A stretch of DNA of 64,000 bases from Bdellovibrionales bacterium. GTDB taxonomy: Bacteria; Bdellovibrionota; Bdellovibrionia; Bdellovibrionales; JAGQZY01. How positions within the stretch are numbered: position 1 is the first letter of the stretch; every line of letters starts with the position of its first letter. The stretch is from assembly GCA_964230645.1 (NCBI GenBank), contig CAXRHT010000001.1:672001-736000 (forward strand), written 5' to 3'. Below are positions 20,608-30,770 of this stretch, piece by piece. Below the pieces are notes generated by a model that did not search any database, had not been told where the DNA came from, and saw nothing but the letters and a program-made list of their open reading frames with translations. Both the position numbers and the translations under genes were made by a program.

Positions 20608-21003
20608 CTATTTCCAAGAGCGGTACTTAGACTCCGGCCCTGCAGGAGCAAAAACCTGTAGAACTTTAAGTGGTTTGGCACCATTCTCAAAGCGCACCTT
20701 AGCCCCTGCGGGCATAAAAACCAGATCATCTTTTTTTATGGAATGCTTTTCCCCATTAATAAAAATCACCCCACCACCCTCAAGAACATAAAGGTACTCC
20801 TCAGACTCATCTTGATGAAGAGGCACTTTCCCCCCAGCCGGCACAGTCAGATGTCCAATAAAAGCCGATTCATTGCCATGCACATTAGGCACTGCAAGTG
20901 CCCTAATCTCAGCCCCCTTCTCATGCCTCTTAACCGAAGCCTCCTCTAAACTCTGCACCCCAGCAAAAACAAAAGAAACCAAACCAAAAAACAAAAACCC
21001 CAT
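20608..21003 (-). CDS. Secreted cupin-domain protein
   Basis: ATG at 21003 with a GGAGGAG RBS; PLHQD..EEYLYVLEG cupin motif. The track's longer start runs into the repeat element. Confidence 0.8.
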   Translation of the reverse strand: MGFLFFGLVSFVFAGVQSLEEASVKRHEKGAEIRALAVPNVHGNESAFIGHLTVPAGGKVPLHQDESEEYLYVLEGGGVIFINGEKHSIKKDDLVFMPAGAKVRFENGAKPLKVLQVFAPAGPESKYRSWK

Positions 21004-21047
21004 AACTCCTCCTAAATAAACCCCACAAACCATGACTATCGCGAAAA

Positions 21048-21225
21048 GCATGACAATACCGCTAGCTCGAAAGCTTCGGGCGGCTCGCAAGACAGGCTCA
21101 AGCAACGAGCGCTGCGTATCTCGGGTCGCGACATGAAATGGCGCGATCCGGGAGACGAAGTGCACCCGGGTGCGTGCCTGGCTTGCGAGCCGCCCGAAGC
21201 TTTCGAGCTAGCGGTATTGTCATGC
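21048..21225. repeat. GC-rich fold-back element with a perfect 44-bp inverted repeat
   Basis: 21048-21091 is the exact reverse complement of 21182-21225; the interior also pairs. Confidence 0.85.
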
Positions 21226-21379
21226 GCCCCAAGCCCCGCGGAATGGTCATACAATCGACATGTAGATTTTTCAAACTCTGAATAATTAACAGCAACTTAA
21301 GTATTAATATCCCCTGAAGAATTTATATAATAAAACAGACGTTAGATTTGGGATGGGGAGCCAATGTTGGGGACGTTTA

Positions 21380-22519
21380 ATGAAAAAAAATGGGATCACC
21401 CTCCTATCTTTACTAGGATTTGTTTTGCTATTGTGGAGTCCATCCTACGGACGTCCCCAGTCAGAAATAAAAACTAAAAAAATTGCAAAAGCCGAAAAGA
21501 AATTCAACTTGCTCACCGACTTTTATATGGGAGCTTTTGGTTTCCAAGAGGGGCAAGACGACTCCCAACTGATTTATCTTTCTGCTAGACCTTATGGCTC
21601 TTACTTTCTAACCGAGTCTTTCGGTGTACAGGGTGACATTCAGTTAAACCTTACCACGGGTCGATCGCAAACTCGTTTTCAGAATCCGAACTTCAATAGT
21701 GTGAACATTCGTGAGCTTGTGGCGCATTTCAAACCAGGGTCTTACCTTGGTGTGAAAGGCGGAGCGATCAACCAAAACTTTCTTGGCAATCCCATGTTGA
21801 TCGCTGATCGTGGCTTCCCAGGAGTGTATGTGCAATCAGGCTATCAAAGTGAGGTTTTCTCTGTTCTTCCGAAAGTTCAATACTCTATTCCCACTTCCAC
21901 AAGTTATGAGTCTCAAAGAACGGAAGCCGAAGCTCTTCCGGCTTTGAAAACTTTTGGATTGGCTTTAGAAGTGAAACCATTGGAGTGGTTGCAACTCTCC
22001 AGTGACATACATCATTTTGAGTACAATCAACTCCCCGCTGTTGTAGCTGCTCAAAGTAACCGCTTTGGTAACTCTGTAGTTGGTGTGGACTCTGAATCCT
22101 CTTTTCGCTATCAGTTTGAAGGGCTGAGCCAGTTTTACACTCTGAAAACTCAATACACCTCTTTTCTTTCCCAAAGTTTTCAGGTGGGAATGGTTGATAA
22201 CTTCGAGGCTCCCCAAGACCGCAGGCGCTCTCAGTGGGTAGGAACAGGTTTTAACTGGACAACCGCTGATTTTAATATCTCCCCAAGTTTTGCCAGCTTC
22301 TTTGCTGAGTCTGACTCAGTTCCGGCCATTTACAGTGAGTTTGAACTAGGACGAAACAATCGTCAGGGACAAATGGTTCGGCTGGCTGTAGAGATTAAAA
22401 AATGGAATCTTATTATTCGATCCCGCTACGTGGAATCTCAACTCATTGAACAGCGTCCCCTACAAGCAGACATGAAAATTTTTGATCTTGGATTGGAGTT
22501 TACGAATGTGTTCCTCTAA
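21380..22519 (+). CDS. Outer-membrane beta-barrel (porin-like) protein
   Basis: Signal peptide; alternating amphipathic strands; C-terminus FDLGLEFTNVFL. Confidence 0.65.
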   Translation: MKKNGITLLSLLGFVLLLWSPSYGRPQSEIKTKKIAKAEKKFNLLTDFYMGAFGFQEGQDDSQLIYLSARPYGSYFLTESFGVQGDIQLNLTTGRSQTRFQNPNFNSVNIRELVAHFKPGSYLGVKGGAINQNFLGNPMLIADRGFPGVYVQSGYQSEVFSVLPKVQYSIPTSTSYESQRTEAEALPALKTFGLALEVKPLEWLQLSSDIHHFEYNQLPAVVAAQSNRFGNSVVGVDSESSFRYQFEGLSQFYTLKTQYTSFLSQSFQVGMVDNFEAPQDRRRSQWVGTGFNWTTADFNISPSFASFFAESDSVPAIYSEFELGRNNRQGQMVRLAVEIKKWNLIIRSRYVESQLIEQRPLQADMKIFDLGLEFTNVFL

Positions 22520-25500
22520 GAAATTGCGCTCTTTTTGTATTGTTATTTCAAACTTGGCCTTGGCGTTTTCACTGTCTTCTTGTCTGCGCTCAGCCTCTGA
22601 CCCCACCAGTCCTGGAGTGACCGAAGATGTGACTGGAGATTTTAAAGCTCTTGTGATCGATGGCTCCTCTGTTGAGAGTTCAAGAAATCCTCACTGGCAA
22701 CTTCCCACCGAGAAAACCTACGATTACAGAGTGTGCTTGATCAGTCGTATGACCGAAGCTCCCCTACCCATCGGACAGTCTTTCCATCTTAAAAATCCGC
22801 AAGGGGAAGTTAAAGAACTAACGACTGATAACTTAGGATGCATCAACTGGACAGAAACGATTCCCTTTAATTTTATGAGTGACGCCTTTTTTATCGAAAA
22901 AAAGAGAACTCTTATTGGGATGGGAACCTATCGAGGCTCATCTATCCTTCGCTATGCAATCAATCCATGGTTAAGCTATCACGGTAACAGTGGTAAAGAG
23001 GTTGTCGACTTAGAACGCGGAAATAACAATATTCCGTCAGCTCGCTTAATCCCAGAGCAGGCCGAAGATGATTCTTTGGCGGGGCTTTTTAGCCACCGCA
23101 ATAGCCGTAATCTTCTTGTGGAAAGGAACATTTCCTATCAAATGATTCCGACTGGTGACCACGAGAGCGGTAAATATTTTAACCTCAACGTACAGCTTCG
23201 CCCCTTTATCGAGCCTAGAAACATGAACAATGACCGCACGAAGATTCCTCTAAATACCGGAAGGTTTCGAGTGTTCGTACAATTGGTGGGAAGTTATATT
23301 GGAGAAAGTCAGAATCCACAAAAAGTCATACTGACCCCAGAGCTTGCACCGCAAGAAATCAATATTCAATCTGAGTCGACTTTACAGTTTCGACAGAACA
23401 ATGTTCCTTTGAGTCGTCAGATCACAACTGGACAAGTGCAATTGGCCATCCGTGTGGTTCCCATCGATCCGCCTTTTGCGATGAATGAATTTGAGGGCCT
23501 TTATAATATTGGGAATTTTAATCAGATCTTTCAATCAACTTCTCTTTCACAAGTCCAGGGTTCCCAAGATCAAGACACCTTCAGTTATTCTGATCTTCTC
23601 AATGACACTGAGAATTTTGAAGAGCTCTCTCAAGCTGGTTGGGTTCATGATCTTCCCCCTGTGGAGTACTCAAATCTTGAACCACGCTTCGTACAGGTTA
23701 AACCGGGTGAGACTTCAACAGAGCGAACCATTATTTACCGGGTGGCGACCCAAGTAACAGACAGTGTGGATGGCTCTCCAATTATTAAACAACCTTTCAC
23801 CATTGTGCACCCTAAAGAAAGTTGCCAAGAGGCAACAGTTAGAGAGGTTATGGATCGTCTCAATCAAGATGGTACCTGTGAAGAGGATATGGAGACAGAC
23901 CATAGGGGCTACCTCTATTGGAGAGATGAACTCACTCACCTTTATTATGAGCGAGAGCACCGTATTCTTCAGGATTTTAAAATCATCCACAAACGCTCAA
24001 ATCGCAGTGACACTTATACTTTGGCTCTAAATCCCTGGGATGAAGGGTGGACATTTGGTGGCGATCTTCGAAGTCGTATCGTTGAAAAAGACTACGATTT
24101 TGACATGGCAGAAGCCAAACCCAACTTACTAATGATCGATGCTTTCCGCTATCAAACCATTCGATTTCGATATGTGATTGACGAATTTTTAACTCTCAAC
24201 GTGAAAAAAGCCGTTGTTATGGCTCTAGATCCTCTTGTGCAAAGAGACACTCTTTATCGCGGTCGTATCTTTGAACCACTAAGAGATGGGGTTTATTTAG
24301 TTAAAATTGCTCTGGTGAAATACTACATCGATCCTTTCCAAAATGGCCTACATCTTCATAAAAAAGATTGCAAGGAAGGTGATTCCTCCGAGAACTGCTA
24401 CCAGGTGCAACCTGTCTCTGCTGGTGGTGAAGCCAGAAAAGGTCAGTACACCACGGTTATTAAAAAACTTTTAAGGGTTCAGGCTGGGAGAATTACAACT
24501 CCTCTAGAGTTTTCCATGCGTGATCTTCGTATGATGAGTATTCGTTCGAACATTATGGTGCAGCTTGAAACCATTGATGAAAAAAGGCTCCTTCGCGACA
24601 ATCTTGTTAACGAACGATTAATGGAGCTTGAAAGAGAATATTTTGAATTCAATCCTGAGACCATGACCGATGAGGATCGAGAATTTTTCCAAGCTCGATA
24701 TGGTTATCTTCCTGAAGAAATGTCAGAAGAGCAAAAAGCCAGATTTCTGGCTGAAAGAGCGCAGGAATTTGAAGAAGAAAAGGATAAATTCTTAGAATTT
24801 ATCCGAGAGTCTCGCGAAGACCTAGAAGCCACAAGAGCTGAACAAAGAGAAGTCCAGAGAAGACGTTTTGAGTTAGTCGATCAGATTGAAAGAGAACTGA
24901 CTCAAGGCTCCGCTCAAAGAGAGTACGAGAGACCCGATCCATTGATCAGTCTTCCGCGCGGAGAATTTGATGAAATTATAGAAAGAGCTCGCAGCAATAT
25001 TGGTCGCATGGAACTCGACATGAAAGAACATTGGTCTCAGTGGGATGAAAACTGGGAAGATGTGATGAGTTCTTACGAACACGGCGAGTACATCGTTGAG
25101 GACCGCAGCTTTCGTCGTACCTATTTTGACTACCTAGCTATGATGCAAACTTTCTTACTTGATTACGGTATTGATCAAGTGGTCACAGAGTCTGATAGAA
25201 ACCGTTTGATGTTAAACAATTACACTCAAAATCCTGTGGCGCCTATAGTGGACCTTAATTTCTATCGAAATAAGTCAGGACTTAAAAGAAGAACCTTTAT
25301 TGGACCATGTACACTTGTCGAAAACGAGAATATGTCAGAGATGAGACCAACAGATACTGTGGACGAGAAGTACTGTGACCGTATCGACTGCGGTGAAACT
25401 CTTTACGAGCCACGCTTTCCTCTCCCTGATAATTCTGAGTTTGAAAACTCAGCTCATCATGACTCCCTTAAACCCTTTGCCAATATGCACGTGGATGAGG

Positions 25501-27086
25501 TCATTGATATCCACAGGGAAAATGAACGTCGTTACGAAATGGAAATGGACGCTCTTTCTCAAATGGGCAATTACACCAAATCTTTTAATCTTGAGTATGT
25601 CAGTCTTGATGATAAAGAGCCTTTGACAGTTTTCAAGCAAGGTTGCTCTTTTGAAGAGGGCGAAGACTGCTTTCCAAGGACAACCAGAGGTGTGACTCCC
25701 TCTGATCAGTTTATTACAGAACTTAATAGAGAACCTTTGGTTCGACTCCTTCAAAAATACTATTACCTCAACTCGAAGTCGGAATTAGAGCGAGTGAATG
25801 CGGAGGTTGAAAGCCGCTCGGATCTTTCAAGACGAGACCAATTACAGCCACTTTGGAATCGTTCGACCGAAGACAGCGGGCTTCTTTTTTCTTTCCTAGG
25901 AAAAATTGATACAGCGTTGCCTCCCATGGGTTTTCGGGATCGTGGTATTGGCAACCAGTACCTCCGTTCTGGAAGAGAGTACGTCGAGGAAAACTACGGT
26001 CCCGGCAGCGACCCTGTAGTGAATACCGAAGATGTCAGTTCTTGGTTAAAAAACGGCATGGATTCCATGAAATTAGAAGACGCCCTTCGAATCTGTACCC
26101 TACTTGCAGGCCAGTCCGCAAAGATGCTTAAAGAAAAGGACCTCGTTGATCAGGACTATAGTGCTTGGAGCGGTGGGCCTGAGCACAGTATGGAAGAGCA
26201 ACTTCAGTTAAGATGTTTTAACCGCATTAAATACCTACCAAACTCTAAAGAAGTCTTCTTTGATGGTATCCATTTTGATCGACGTTATAAGATTTTAGAA
26301 ACCGGGTCGTACGAGCATATTGCTGGTATGAATATGAACATCAATGTCGGCATTAACTTTGGAATCAGCTCCTACGATGATGTTAGTACGGCTTCCTCCC
26401 TTGGGCTCAATGATTCCGCAGTCCTTGGTCTTCCCGCAGCCGGGATCGGTCTCGGTCTCGCGATGGCCGGAGCGGCCGCTCCTGTAGCCGTTGCTGGAGG
26501 AGCTTTTGTTGCGGCCAGTGGTGGACTTCTGGTGGCTTCAAGGGCTTCTACAGAGGCTGACGGTGTCAATCAAGCCACCACCACAGCTGTCGACGCGGCC
26601 ACCTTCTTAGTGGTCCAAAAAGCCGACTTTGATATTAAGATCAAACGCCATATCAAGTGTGTAACCTTGAAGTTTGGAGCCGAATTTTTAGAATCACTGA
26701 ACGCGAGACACCTGGAACTAAAAGAGGATGTAAAGGTCACCGACTTTAAGGTCCAAGAGGCTCTCACCCGAGGTTATATGATTTGTGACAACAAAGAAAC
26801 CGACGAGGTAGAGACGATCCGCGAGAGCTACTATTATGTGACTCAACATTTCACCGCCGGTGACATGCTCGACGATGTAAATTTACTTAACCATATTTGG
26901 CTTCTTTCTCTGCGTGGAAAAAGAGACTTCAACGAATTTATTCGAATCTTGAAATCGAAAAAAATCGATAAAAATGGAGAGGTCATTGAGGGTGATGAGA
27001 TTTATGATTATGCTCTCTCAAGGCTTGGACGTGTTTATAAGCAGGTCGTCCCTACCTTCCCAGGGCTCTACTCCGCTCAAGAGTAA
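22506..27086 (+). CDS. Very large lipoprotein of unknown function (~1526 aa)
   Basis: Long ORF; lipobox-like SLSSC; ATG at 22506 overlaps the barrel gene; acidic coiled-coil middle; Gly/Ala hydrophobic stretch near the C-terminus. Confidence 0.8.
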   Translation: MCSSKKLRSFCIVISNLALAFSLSSCLRSASDPTSPGVTEDVTGDFKALVIDGSSVESSRNPHWQLPTEKTYDYRVCLISRMTEAPLPIGQSFHLKNPQGEVKELTTDNLGCINWTETIPFNFMSDAFFIEKKRTLIGMGTYRGSSILRYAINPWLSYHGNSGKEVVDLERGNNNIPSARLIPEQAEDDSLAGLFSHRNSRNLLVERNISYQMIPTGDHESGKYFNLNVQLRPFIEPRNMNNDRTKIPLNTGRFRVFVQLVGSYIGESQNPQKVILTPELAPQEINIQSESTLQFRQNNVPLSRQITTGQVQLAIRVVPIDPPFAMNEFEGLYNIGNFNQIFQSTSLSQVQGSQDQDTFSYSDLLNDTENFEELSQAGWVHDLPPVEYSNLEPRFVQVKPGETSTERTIIYRVATQVTDSVDGSPIIKQPFTIVHPKESCQEATVREVMDRLNQDGTCEEDMETDHRGYLYWRDELTHLYYEREHRILQDFKIIHKRSNRSDTYTLALNPWDEGWTFGGDLRSRIVEKDYDFDMAEAKPNLLMIDAFRYQTIRFRYVIDEFLTLNVKKAVVMALDPLVQRDTLYRGRIFEPLRDGVYLVKIALVKYYIDPFQNGLHLHKKDCKEGDSSENCYQVQPVSAGGEARKGQYTTVIKKLLRVQAGRITTPLEFSMRDLRMMSIRSNIMVQLETIDEKRLLRDNLVNERLMELEREYFEFNPETMTDEDREFFQARYGYLPEEMSEEQKARFLAERAQEFEEEKDKFLEFIRESREDLEATRAEQREVQRRRFELVDQIERELTQGSAQREYERPDPLISLPRGEFDEIIERARSNIGRMELDMKEHWSQWDENWEDVMSSYEHGEYIVEDRSFRRTYFDYLAMMQTFLLDYGIDQVVTESDRNRLMLNNYTQNPVAPIVDLNFYRNKSGLKRRTFIGPCTLVENENMSEMRPTDTVDEKYCDRIDCGETLYEPRFPLPDNSEFENSAHHDSLKPFANMHVDEVIDIHRENERRYEMEMDALSQMGNYTKSFNLEYVSLDDKEPLTVFKQGCSFEEGEDCFPRTTRGVTPSDQFITELNREPLVRLLQKYYYLNSKSELERVNAEVESRSDLSRRDQLQPLWNRSTEDSGLLFSFLGKIDTALPPMGFRDRGIGNQYLRSGREYVEENYGPGSDPVVNTEDVSSWLKNGMDSMKLEDALRICTLLAGQSAKMLKEKDLVDQDYSAWSGGPEHSMEEQLQLRCFNRIKYLPNSKEVFFDGIHFDRRYKILETGSYEHIAGMNMNINVGINFGISSYDDVSTASSLGLNDSAVLGLPAAGIGLGLAMAGAAAPVAVAGGAFVAASGGLLVASRASTEADGVNQATTTAVDAATFLVVQKADFDIKIKRHIKCVTLKFGAEFLESLNARHLELKEDVKVTDFKVQEALTRGYMICDNKETDEVETIRESYYYVTQHFTAGDMLDDVNLLNHIWLLSLRGKRDFNEFIRILKSKKIDKNGEVIEGDEIYDYALSRLGRVYKQVVPTFPGLYSAQE

Positions 27087-28018
27087 TTGCGGATATAATC
27101 GTGAACCACTTGTAAGGCGACCTCTTGTTCTGAGAGGTCGAACCAGCGAATCTCCTCATCTCTTTTAAACCAGGTCATCTGTTTTTTGATAAGCTGCATA
27201 GTTGAGGTGACGATTTTGTCCTCAAGGGAAGTCCAGGGGAGCTCGCCTTTAAGATATGCGACCACTTCTTTATAACCCACACTTTTCATAGGGGGCCAGT
27301 CTTGAAGCCCCTGGGCCATTAAAGACTCGACTTCTTTTACAAAACCTTCTGAGATCATTCTTTGAGTTCTTAGATGCACTCTTTCACGCAAAACAGATTT
27401 TTCAGCTTTCAGGCCAATCTTTAACTTTTGGTGCGGAGGAAGGATAGAGTAATTCTTTTTTTTCATTTCCTCTTTAAGTTCGGTCATTGATTTATTTTGA
27501 GTCATCATGACCTGAACCGAACGTCTTATGCGGTAGTGATCATTGATACTGATTTTTCTTGCGAAGTCAGGATCTTTTTCTTGCATCCAGTGGTAGAGGG
27601 CCTCAAAGCCATCTTCGTCGATCCACTTTTTAACTTTAGCTTCAACCTTCTCGGAAACCTTAGAGTCAGGATAAAGCCCTTTTTCAAGAGCTTGAATATA
27701 AAAACCACTTCCTCCGACAAAGAGCCCTTTTTCAAGTTCATTTGTCTCAAGGCAATTTTGTACTTCTTTAAGATAATCGGCGGCTGTTAGCGTCTCGGGA
27801 GGCTCTACGAAATCATAGAGATAGTGAGGCAGAGAGTCTCTTTCTTGGAGGCTGGGTTTCGCTGTACCGATATCTAATTTTTTATAAACCTGAAGACTGT
27901 CGCAATTGATTAGAGGCCAGTCATGCTTGGCTGCAACCTCCATGGCAAAACGGGATTTCCCTGCAGCGGTGGGCCCCAGTATAAAAACGAAGAGGTGCTT
28001 TTTTTGATTTTCTGACAA
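27077..28018 (-). CDS. miaA: tRNA dimethylallyltransferase
   Basis: GPTAAGKS, DSLQVY, IGTAKP, VGGSGFY and KKQMTWF. Confidence 0.97.
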   Translation of the reverse strand: MSENQKKHLFVFILGPTAAGKSRFAMEVAAKHDWPLINCDSLQVYKKLDIGTAKPSLQERDSLPHYLYDFVEPPETLTAADYLKEVQNCLETNELEKGLFVGGSGFYIQALEKGLYPDSKVSEKVEAKVKKWIDEDGFEALYHWMQEKDPDFARKISINDHYRIRRSVQVMMTQNKSMTELKEEMKKKNYSILPPHQKLKIGLKAEKSVLRERVHLRTQRMISEGFVKEVESLMAQGLQDWPPMKSVGYKEVVAYLKGELPWTSLEDKIVTSTMQLIKKQMTWFKRDEEIRWFDLSEQEVALQVVHDYIRNYS

Positions 28019-28020
28019 GT

Positions 28021-29856
28021 TTATACCCTACGACCAAAATCTTTTTCTATTTGTGAAAAAGGAAATTCAATGGCGACAGAGCGGCCATGGGGACAAAAAC
28101 CAGAGAGAGGAAACTCATCCATATCCTCGAGTAATTGCTCCATTTCGTTCTGACTTAAGGATTGTCCAGCGCGAATAACAGAATGGCAAGCCATAGTTGC
28201 AAAGAGATCTCCGATTTTGGTCTCTAGAGCAAAACTTCCACCCTTAGCAAGCACTTCTCTAGCCAACTCCCCTAAAACTTCAACAAGAGCTTTTTCGGTA
28301 ATAAGACTTGGCAGAGTGCTGACCGCTAAACTCGCAGGCCCCTCTTGCTCGATGGTGATCCCCATTTTTCCTAGATCTTCCTGGAGTCCTAAAAGAGCTT
28401 CCACCTCTGTTTCTTCAAGGTCGATGGTTAAAGGAAGAAGAAGGGACTGGATCTCTAATCCGCCCTCTTTAAAACCTTTCATTAGTCGCTCAAAGGCGAC
28501 TCTCTCGTGAGCGGCGTGCTGATCGACAAGTATCATTTTCCCGTCGGCTTGAGTCACAATATAGGTGAGATCCATTTGACCAATCACTTGTAACCTCGCC
28601 CAGGTTTTTGCTTTTGCTTCGGCTGAAGACTCTTCACTGGGAAACACTCCCTCTTCTAGAGTCGTTTCCAGAGCTTGGAACTCTTCGCCTCGGTCGCCGG
28701 CTTCTTGTAGGTTTTGAAAACTCGGCATGGGTTCAGGTGCCTTTTCTTGAAAGCTAAAATTCTTTTTTTGGTACTGAACTTTCTCAAAGCTATGGTCTTG
28801 AAAACTTTCGTTACGCTCTTCGCGCTGAGGGGGGCGAAGAGAAGCTGAGCCCTTATTGGCTGAAAAGCCCTGTTCGTTCCATGGCGCCTTTTCAATAGCT
28901 TCCCTCAATGCGTAATGAACCACACGGAAAGCTTTTTTGGCGTCGACAAATTTGACCTGAGATTTGGTGGGATGAATATTCACATCCACCTCATCGGTTG
29001 GGCATTCTACGGAGACAAAACAAATGGGATACTGTCCATGCATCAGTAAGCTTCGATAAGCTTCCATTACGGCCGCTTGCAAGCCCCTATCCTGAACCCA
29101 TCGATTTTGTACGAATGTCCAAATCTGTCTTGAGACTCTGACCACCGTCGATGGGTCAGAGAAAATAACGTGGGATTTAAAGCCCTCGTATTCGAAATAG
29201 TTTTCAAAAAGTCTTTCGGTTTCTAAAACCTTTTTCACTCGCTCTATGGGTTTTTCTTCGGCCGGCCAAAAGTAGACCATTTTACCTTTGTTCTTAAATT
29301 TAATTTCTACCTGTGGGTACTGTAATGCCATGGCTTTGATGACATTTTTTATTTGAGTGACCTCGGCAGAATCCGATTTTAAAAATTTAAGGCGGGCTGG
29401 AATATTTGAGAAAAGGTCCTGCACATGAACTTGAGTCCCCTCTTGGAAAGAGGTTTCAAAGGTCTCACCAACATTGCCAAAGTCACAGGTCACTTTGTAG
29501 GCCTTGTCGGCCCCCTTTCTCCGACTGACAAAATCGAGGCGACTCACTGAGGAGATACTCGCCAAAGCTTCCCCTCGAAAACCAAAAGTGTGGAGATTCC
29601 ATAAATCATCCGATTTTTGAATTTTGCTGGTAGCGTGCCTTGCAAAAACCAGAGGGATCTCTTCTTTTAAAACCCCTTTGCCATTATCAGTGACACATAT
29701 GTCTTTTCCACCTTCAAATACTTCCACACTCAATTCTGTGGCGCCAGCGTCGATGCTGTTTTCCAGTAACTCTTTTAAAAGATGGCTTGGGCGTTCAACG
29801 ACTTCTCCGGCCGCGATCTTATCCACAACATCGGATTTTAGCTTTTGAATTTCCAT
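28021..29856 (-). CDS. mutL: DNA mismatch repair endonuclease MutL
   Basis: IAAGEVVERP, GFRGEALASI, DQHAAHER, ACH and CPHGR endonuclease motifs. Confidence 0.98.
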   Translation of the reverse strand: MEIQKLKSDVVDKIAAGEVVERPSHLLKELLENSIDAGATELSVEVFEGGKDICVTDNGKGVLKEEIPLVFARHATSKIQKSDDLWNLHTFGFRGEALASISSVSRLDFVSRRKGADKAYKVTCDFGNVGETFETSFQEGTQVHVQDLFSNIPARLKFLKSDSAEVTQIKNVIKAMALQYPQVEIKFKNKGKMVYFWPAEEKPIERVKKVLETERLFENYFEYEGFKSHVIFSDPSTVVRVSRQIWTFVQNRWVQDRGLQAAVMEAYRSLLMHGQYPICFVSVECPTDEVDVNIHPTKSQVKFVDAKKAFRVVHYALREAIEKAPWNEQGFSANKGSASLRPPQREERNESFQDHSFEKVQYQKKNFSFQEKAPEPMPSFQNLQEAGDRGEEFQALETTLEEGVFPSEESSAEAKAKTWARLQVIGQMDLTYIVTQADGKMILVDQHAAHERVAFERLMKGFKEGGLEIQSLLLPLTIDLEETEVEALLGLQEDLGKMGITIEQEGPASLAVSTLPSLITEKALVEVLGELAREVLAKGGSFALETKIGDLFATMACHSVIRAGQSLSQNEMEQLLEDMDEFPLSGFCPHGRSVAIEFPFSQIEKDFGRRV

Positions 29857-29891
29857 AGCTCTCCCCTTTTAAAAAACAGCTCACCAGCCGA

Positions 29892-30590
29892 TCAAACTAA
29901 AAAGCGGATCTGCCAAACACGGTAAAAAGCTTCGATCACAATTTTTAAGCTCATTTTGCTGGCTCCTTCTCGTCTTTCATCAAATAGAATGGGAACCTCT
30001 TCGACCTTAAAATTCCTTTTTAATCCGCGGAACTTCATTTCGATTTGAAAACTATAACCTTCCGAACGAACGTCTTCGAGCTTTAAGGCCTTTAGCACTC
30101 GAATGTTCCAAGCATTAAATCCCCCCGTCCAATCGTGAACCGGGTACCCAAGGATCATACGTGAATAAAAACTTCCAAAAAGACTGATGGCTTTTCGATA
30201 CCAGGCCCAGTTGGAAGTGCCACCGCCTGTGACATACCGAGAACCTATCACGAAATCACTGCGATCAAGAGCTGCGATAAGGTTTTTTATATCTTGAGGA
30301 CGATGGGAAAAATCGGCATCCATCTGAATGCAGGCATCAAAGCCCTCTTTGATCCCATAGGCAAAGCCTTGCAAGTAGGCTTTACCAAGTCCGCCTTTGC
30401 CTTTATTTTCAATGAGATGAACCTGATTGTTGGTTTCAGCCTGCTTTTTTACAAAGGCACCAGTGCCATCGGGAGAGCCATCATCGACCACCAGAATATG
30501 GATATCCGGATGCTCAGTGAAAACAGCTTCCATGATCGGACCAATGTTTTCGATTTCGTTGTATGTCGGAATAATTATGAGCCTTTTCAT
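29892..30590 (-). CDS. Polyprenol monophosphomannose synthase-like GT2 (DPM1-like)
   Basis: IIPTYNE, VDDGSPDGT, QMDADFSH, GSRY, GYSFQIE and SKMS. Confidence 0.9.
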   Translation of the reverse strand: MKRLIIIPTYNEIENIGPIMEAVFTEHPDIHILVVDDGSPDGTGAFVKKQAETNNQVHLIENKGKGGLGKAYLQGFAYGIKEGFDACIQMDADFSHRPQDIKNLIAALDRSDFVIGSRYVTGGGTSNWAWYRKAISLFGSFYSRMILGYPVHDWTGGFNAWNIRVLKALKLEDVRSEGYSFQIEMKFRGLKRNFKVEEVPILFDERREGASKMSLKIVIEAFYRVWQIRFLV

Positions 30591-30677
30591 AGGCCCTCCT
30601 TCTAACTGAGAATAGGCCTTGAGAAAAGGATTTCAGGGCTTTTTTTAGCCATTTAAGGGTAGGACGAGTATATGATG

Positions 30678-30713
30678 AAAAAAGAGGCGGTCCATATTTG
30701 GCCGCCTCTTTTT
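30678..30713 (-). terminator. Intrinsic terminator after the glycan operon (could act on both strands)
   Basis: AAAAAAGAGGCGG...CCGCCTCTTTTT hairpin. Confidence 0.75.
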
Positions 30714-30770
30714 AATGAGTCATTCCTTTTTTGGATTAGGAATCCCATTTTTCTGCTGTAATCCTCTGAT

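Noticed and set aside
21004..21295. Short ORFs and the N-terminal extension of the cupin across the fold-back element
   Set aside because: Products of the GC-rich palindrome; the cupin has a clear GGAGGAG RBS before ATG 21003.
29892..30590. DPM1-like GT2 as part of the exopolysaccharide operon
   Set aside because: Separated from it by a strong terminator and about 180 bp, and it sits 35 bp upstream of mutL; a functional link is possible but unsupported.
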